DNA of 64,000 nt, taken from assembly GCF_000315625.1 (NCBI RefSeq), contig NW_005434673.1:872994-936993 (forward strand), written 5' to 3'. The translations under genes and the position numbers were made by a program. Shown piece by piece: positions 61,785 through 64,000 of this stretch. Position 1 is the stretch's first letter. Each line of letters starts with the position of its first letter. Source of the DNA: Guillardia theta CCMP2712 (taxonomy: Eukaryota > Protista > Cryptophyta). The notes under the pieces are model-generated. The model made no database searches, was not told the origin of the DNA, and saw only the letters and a list, made by a program, of their open reading frames with translations.

Positions 61785-62615
61785 TCAGTCCTTCTTCTTT
61801 GTGTCTTGCGAGCTGATCTTCAAGGCGAGCCTGCAACAGATTCCTCTCAGAAGGGATCGGATCGCAGCAGCCGGGGAGATCTCACATGGTGTTGTAGAAG
61901 AGACCGGCGATGTTGATCACGAAAATCTTCAGATGGTCCGGAACGACAGTGAACAAGGAAAGGCTCACTGGCACCCAGAAGAACATGCCGCTGATCTGCA
62001 TCGGAAGCAGCTCTTTCTTGATAACCTGAGCTGTCTCTGAGAACCTGTACGAGCTTGTGGCAGCACGGAAAGCTCCGATGTAGATGAGAAACATGGCGAG
62101 CAGGAAAGGACTGAAAACCAGCTGGCGACTTGTAAGACATGATGAGGAAAGGACAGTTGCACATTTACCTGATCCGCTGAGAGCTTCATCAGCACCGCAG
62201 AAATCGTTTCTTCTCTCCCAAATGTCACATCGAGGAACACGAGCCTTTGGGATAGCAAGTTACAAATCAGCCCGTGCTCTGTAGCATCGAAGTACCATCT
62301 TAGAATGATCGGAGTGCAGATTAGCGCCCAGATCAATGCTCTTGTCATGGACAAGAAATCCCATAACAGCCAAGATCGTGTCTGCTCCTTTTCCCTCAAC
62401 TTCACGATCGATTGCGCAAGAACATCAGCAGCAACGTTCAAGGATGCAGCTATCGCCAACTTCAACAAGAGTCATTCACGGGGCCTTCAGAAGCATCATG
62501 GGGCTTACTTCATTCAGCAAGGATTGGTCGTGCAGCCAACTGAACAGGACGTCGAGATCCATGCTTGTCGCCTCTTCTCTCTTCCTGCGATGGTAAGAGC
62601 CGAGTCATGGTACAT
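61785..62615 (-). CDS. Mpv17/PMP22 family membrane protein
   Basis: AADVLAQ, WDFLSMTRAL, KLSADQLVFSPF, FWVPVSLSLFTVVP..IFVINIAGLFYNT. Confidence 0.88.
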
Positions 62616-62859
62616 TTCATTGAAGAACTTGAGATGAATAAAAAGCTGCTCTTCTCGCGGATCAAAGATCAGCATCAACCCCTCTCTTGCTTCCTTCCCG
62701 GTTGTTTTCTTTGCCTTTCCTGTCTCATCCTTGTCTTCGTGGAACTTCTTGGTTTCCGTATTCTTATCCTCCCCACTTTTCTCCTAACTCCTCGCCCTCC
62801 TCCTCGCCTTTCTCGTTGTCCTCGTCCTCGTCGTTATCCTCGTCCTTGTCCTCGCTCTG

Positions 62860-62965
62860 GCCTCTTCCTCTTCCTCTTCCTCTTCCTCTTCCTCTTCCTC
62901 TTCCTCTTCCTCTTCCTCTTTCTCCTTCTCCTTCTCCTCGTCCTTGTCCTCGTCCTCGTCCTCCT
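62860..62965. repeat. (CCTCTT)n pyrimidine microsatellite
   Basis: Read directly. Confidence 0.85.
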
Positions 62966-63586
62966 CATTTCTTTCGCGACATGCTGTCGCTGCGATCGGA
63001 TCTTGTGCTTTCTTCGGGGCATCTCTCTTCAACGTTATACTCTACCCCTCTACCCAATTTCAGAAGGTACCCACCCTTTCATTCAAGTACCCCTAATTTT
63101 AACGTTAAAAGTACCCCTGTTTCACCTCCATGGAACCGTTCCACCCTTGCTTATTTCCTCCTACCGGTGTCTCATTTTGTGAGATCCTGGCCTCCATGCG
63201 CTTGATGGCGCAAAGAGGAGATGAGAGGGGGAGGGGGAGGGAAGGAGGAGGAGACGAGGGAGTACAAGGAAGGGGAAGAGGATGCAAAGTTCAGGATGGA
63301 GTAGAGAGAGCAGAGTGGAACAAGAGCAAGTGAGATGGAGAGGAGAAAATGGATGGGATAAGAAGGGGTGGATGGGAGGGAATGGGGTGGTATTGGATAG
63401 GGCACGAGAACATGTTAGTTTACTCTTATCTCGATGGTTATGTATTCTTTTACCTGACCTTTGTTTCTCCTTAGTTTCCTGCGAGAGTATCACTGGCCTC
63501 TGAAATGTTTCTTGTCGGCAAGCAAGGAGGTCAAAGAATTCCTACATGTCGACCTTGAGTGAACTGATTCCTCCCCAGCATCGACG

Positions 63587-64000
63587 ATGCTCGTTGGCGT
63601 TGCTCTTGTGTTCTTGTCCAACTCATGGGTGCACGCCTTCTGCTCCTCAGGGTGCGGCAGCATCCTGAGGGCTCCTGAATCTTCGATGGGGCGGAGGCAT
63701 GCCGCCAGGACAAGGGTTGAGATGGGAGGGGGCTTCGGGTTTGCACGCGACAGTTTCAAGTACACAGGAACACAGAGACCCAGTCGTCTGTCTCCTCCAA
63801 GACAGATCCCTGACAACATCATGAAGCCCGACTATGCTGGTGACTTGCCTCGTGTCGTCCTGTCCCCTCCCGACTGCGCCTGTCCTTCCTCCCTGCTTTC
63901 TAGCTGGCACTTGTGTTCTCCTCCTCCTCCTTCGCTCATCCCCTCCTTTTCTTGTCTGACTGGCAACGCAGAGGACGGAACACCCAAGGCGAGACAGCTG
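63587..64000 (+). CDS. Plastid-targeted methionine aminopeptidase type I (5' part; runs off window)
   Basis: MLVGVALVFLSNSWVHA|F signal; FKYTGTQRPSRLSPPRQIPDNIMKPDYA/EDGTPK is typical of the MetAP1 N-terminus. Confidence 0.8.
   Translation, partial: MLVGVALVFLSNSWVHAFCSSGCGSILRAPESSMGRRHAARTRVEMGGGFGFARDSFKYTGTQRPSRLSPPRQIPDNIMKPDYAGDLPRVVLSPPDCACPSSLLSSWHLCSPPPPSLIPSFSCLTGNAEDGTPKARQL

Noticed and set aside
62565-63500. Low-complexity ORFs on both strands
   Set aside because: Produced by microsatellite and purine/pyrimidine tracts; no domain signal

Overview
Gene-dense eukaryotic nuclear DNA with many short (mostly ~45-80 nt) GT-AG introns, simple repeats and two 100-N assembly gaps. Several genes encode a signal peptide followed by Phe (complex-plastid targeting). 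This fits an alga with a secondary red plastid and most resembles a cryptophyte such as Guillardia (inference from style, not a database match). Manual splicing supports about 20 genes: a DDX21/RH7-type DEAD-box helicase that splices on into a C-terminal RRM, arsenite methyltransferase, a TRF4/PAPD5-like nucleotidyltransferase, TPR and ankyrin proteins, a METTL21-like methyltransferase, an SH3 protein, a ricin-B lectin, NCA2/DGS1, a catalytically dead piggyBac-derived gene, a CxxC-less thioredoxin, an SFI1-like protein, SPRY-TPR, Mpv17/PMP22 and a plastid Met-aminopeptidase. Four observations stand out. (1) A Crypton-type tyrosine recombinase with intact catalytic residues sits directly downstream of a SLIP-GC/dynamin-like GTPase; both ORFs are open into the same gap, so this may be a cargo-carrying element or a fusion. 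(2) Ubiquitin-tail-like LRGG motifs recur just behind signal peptides. (3) A piggyBac-derived gene looks domesticated and lies head-to-head with a plastid gene. (4) Two classes of intergenic motif recur: TACCCC/GGGGTA clusters and GC-rich palindromic islands. Boundaries of multi-exon genes are hand-derived and approximate.
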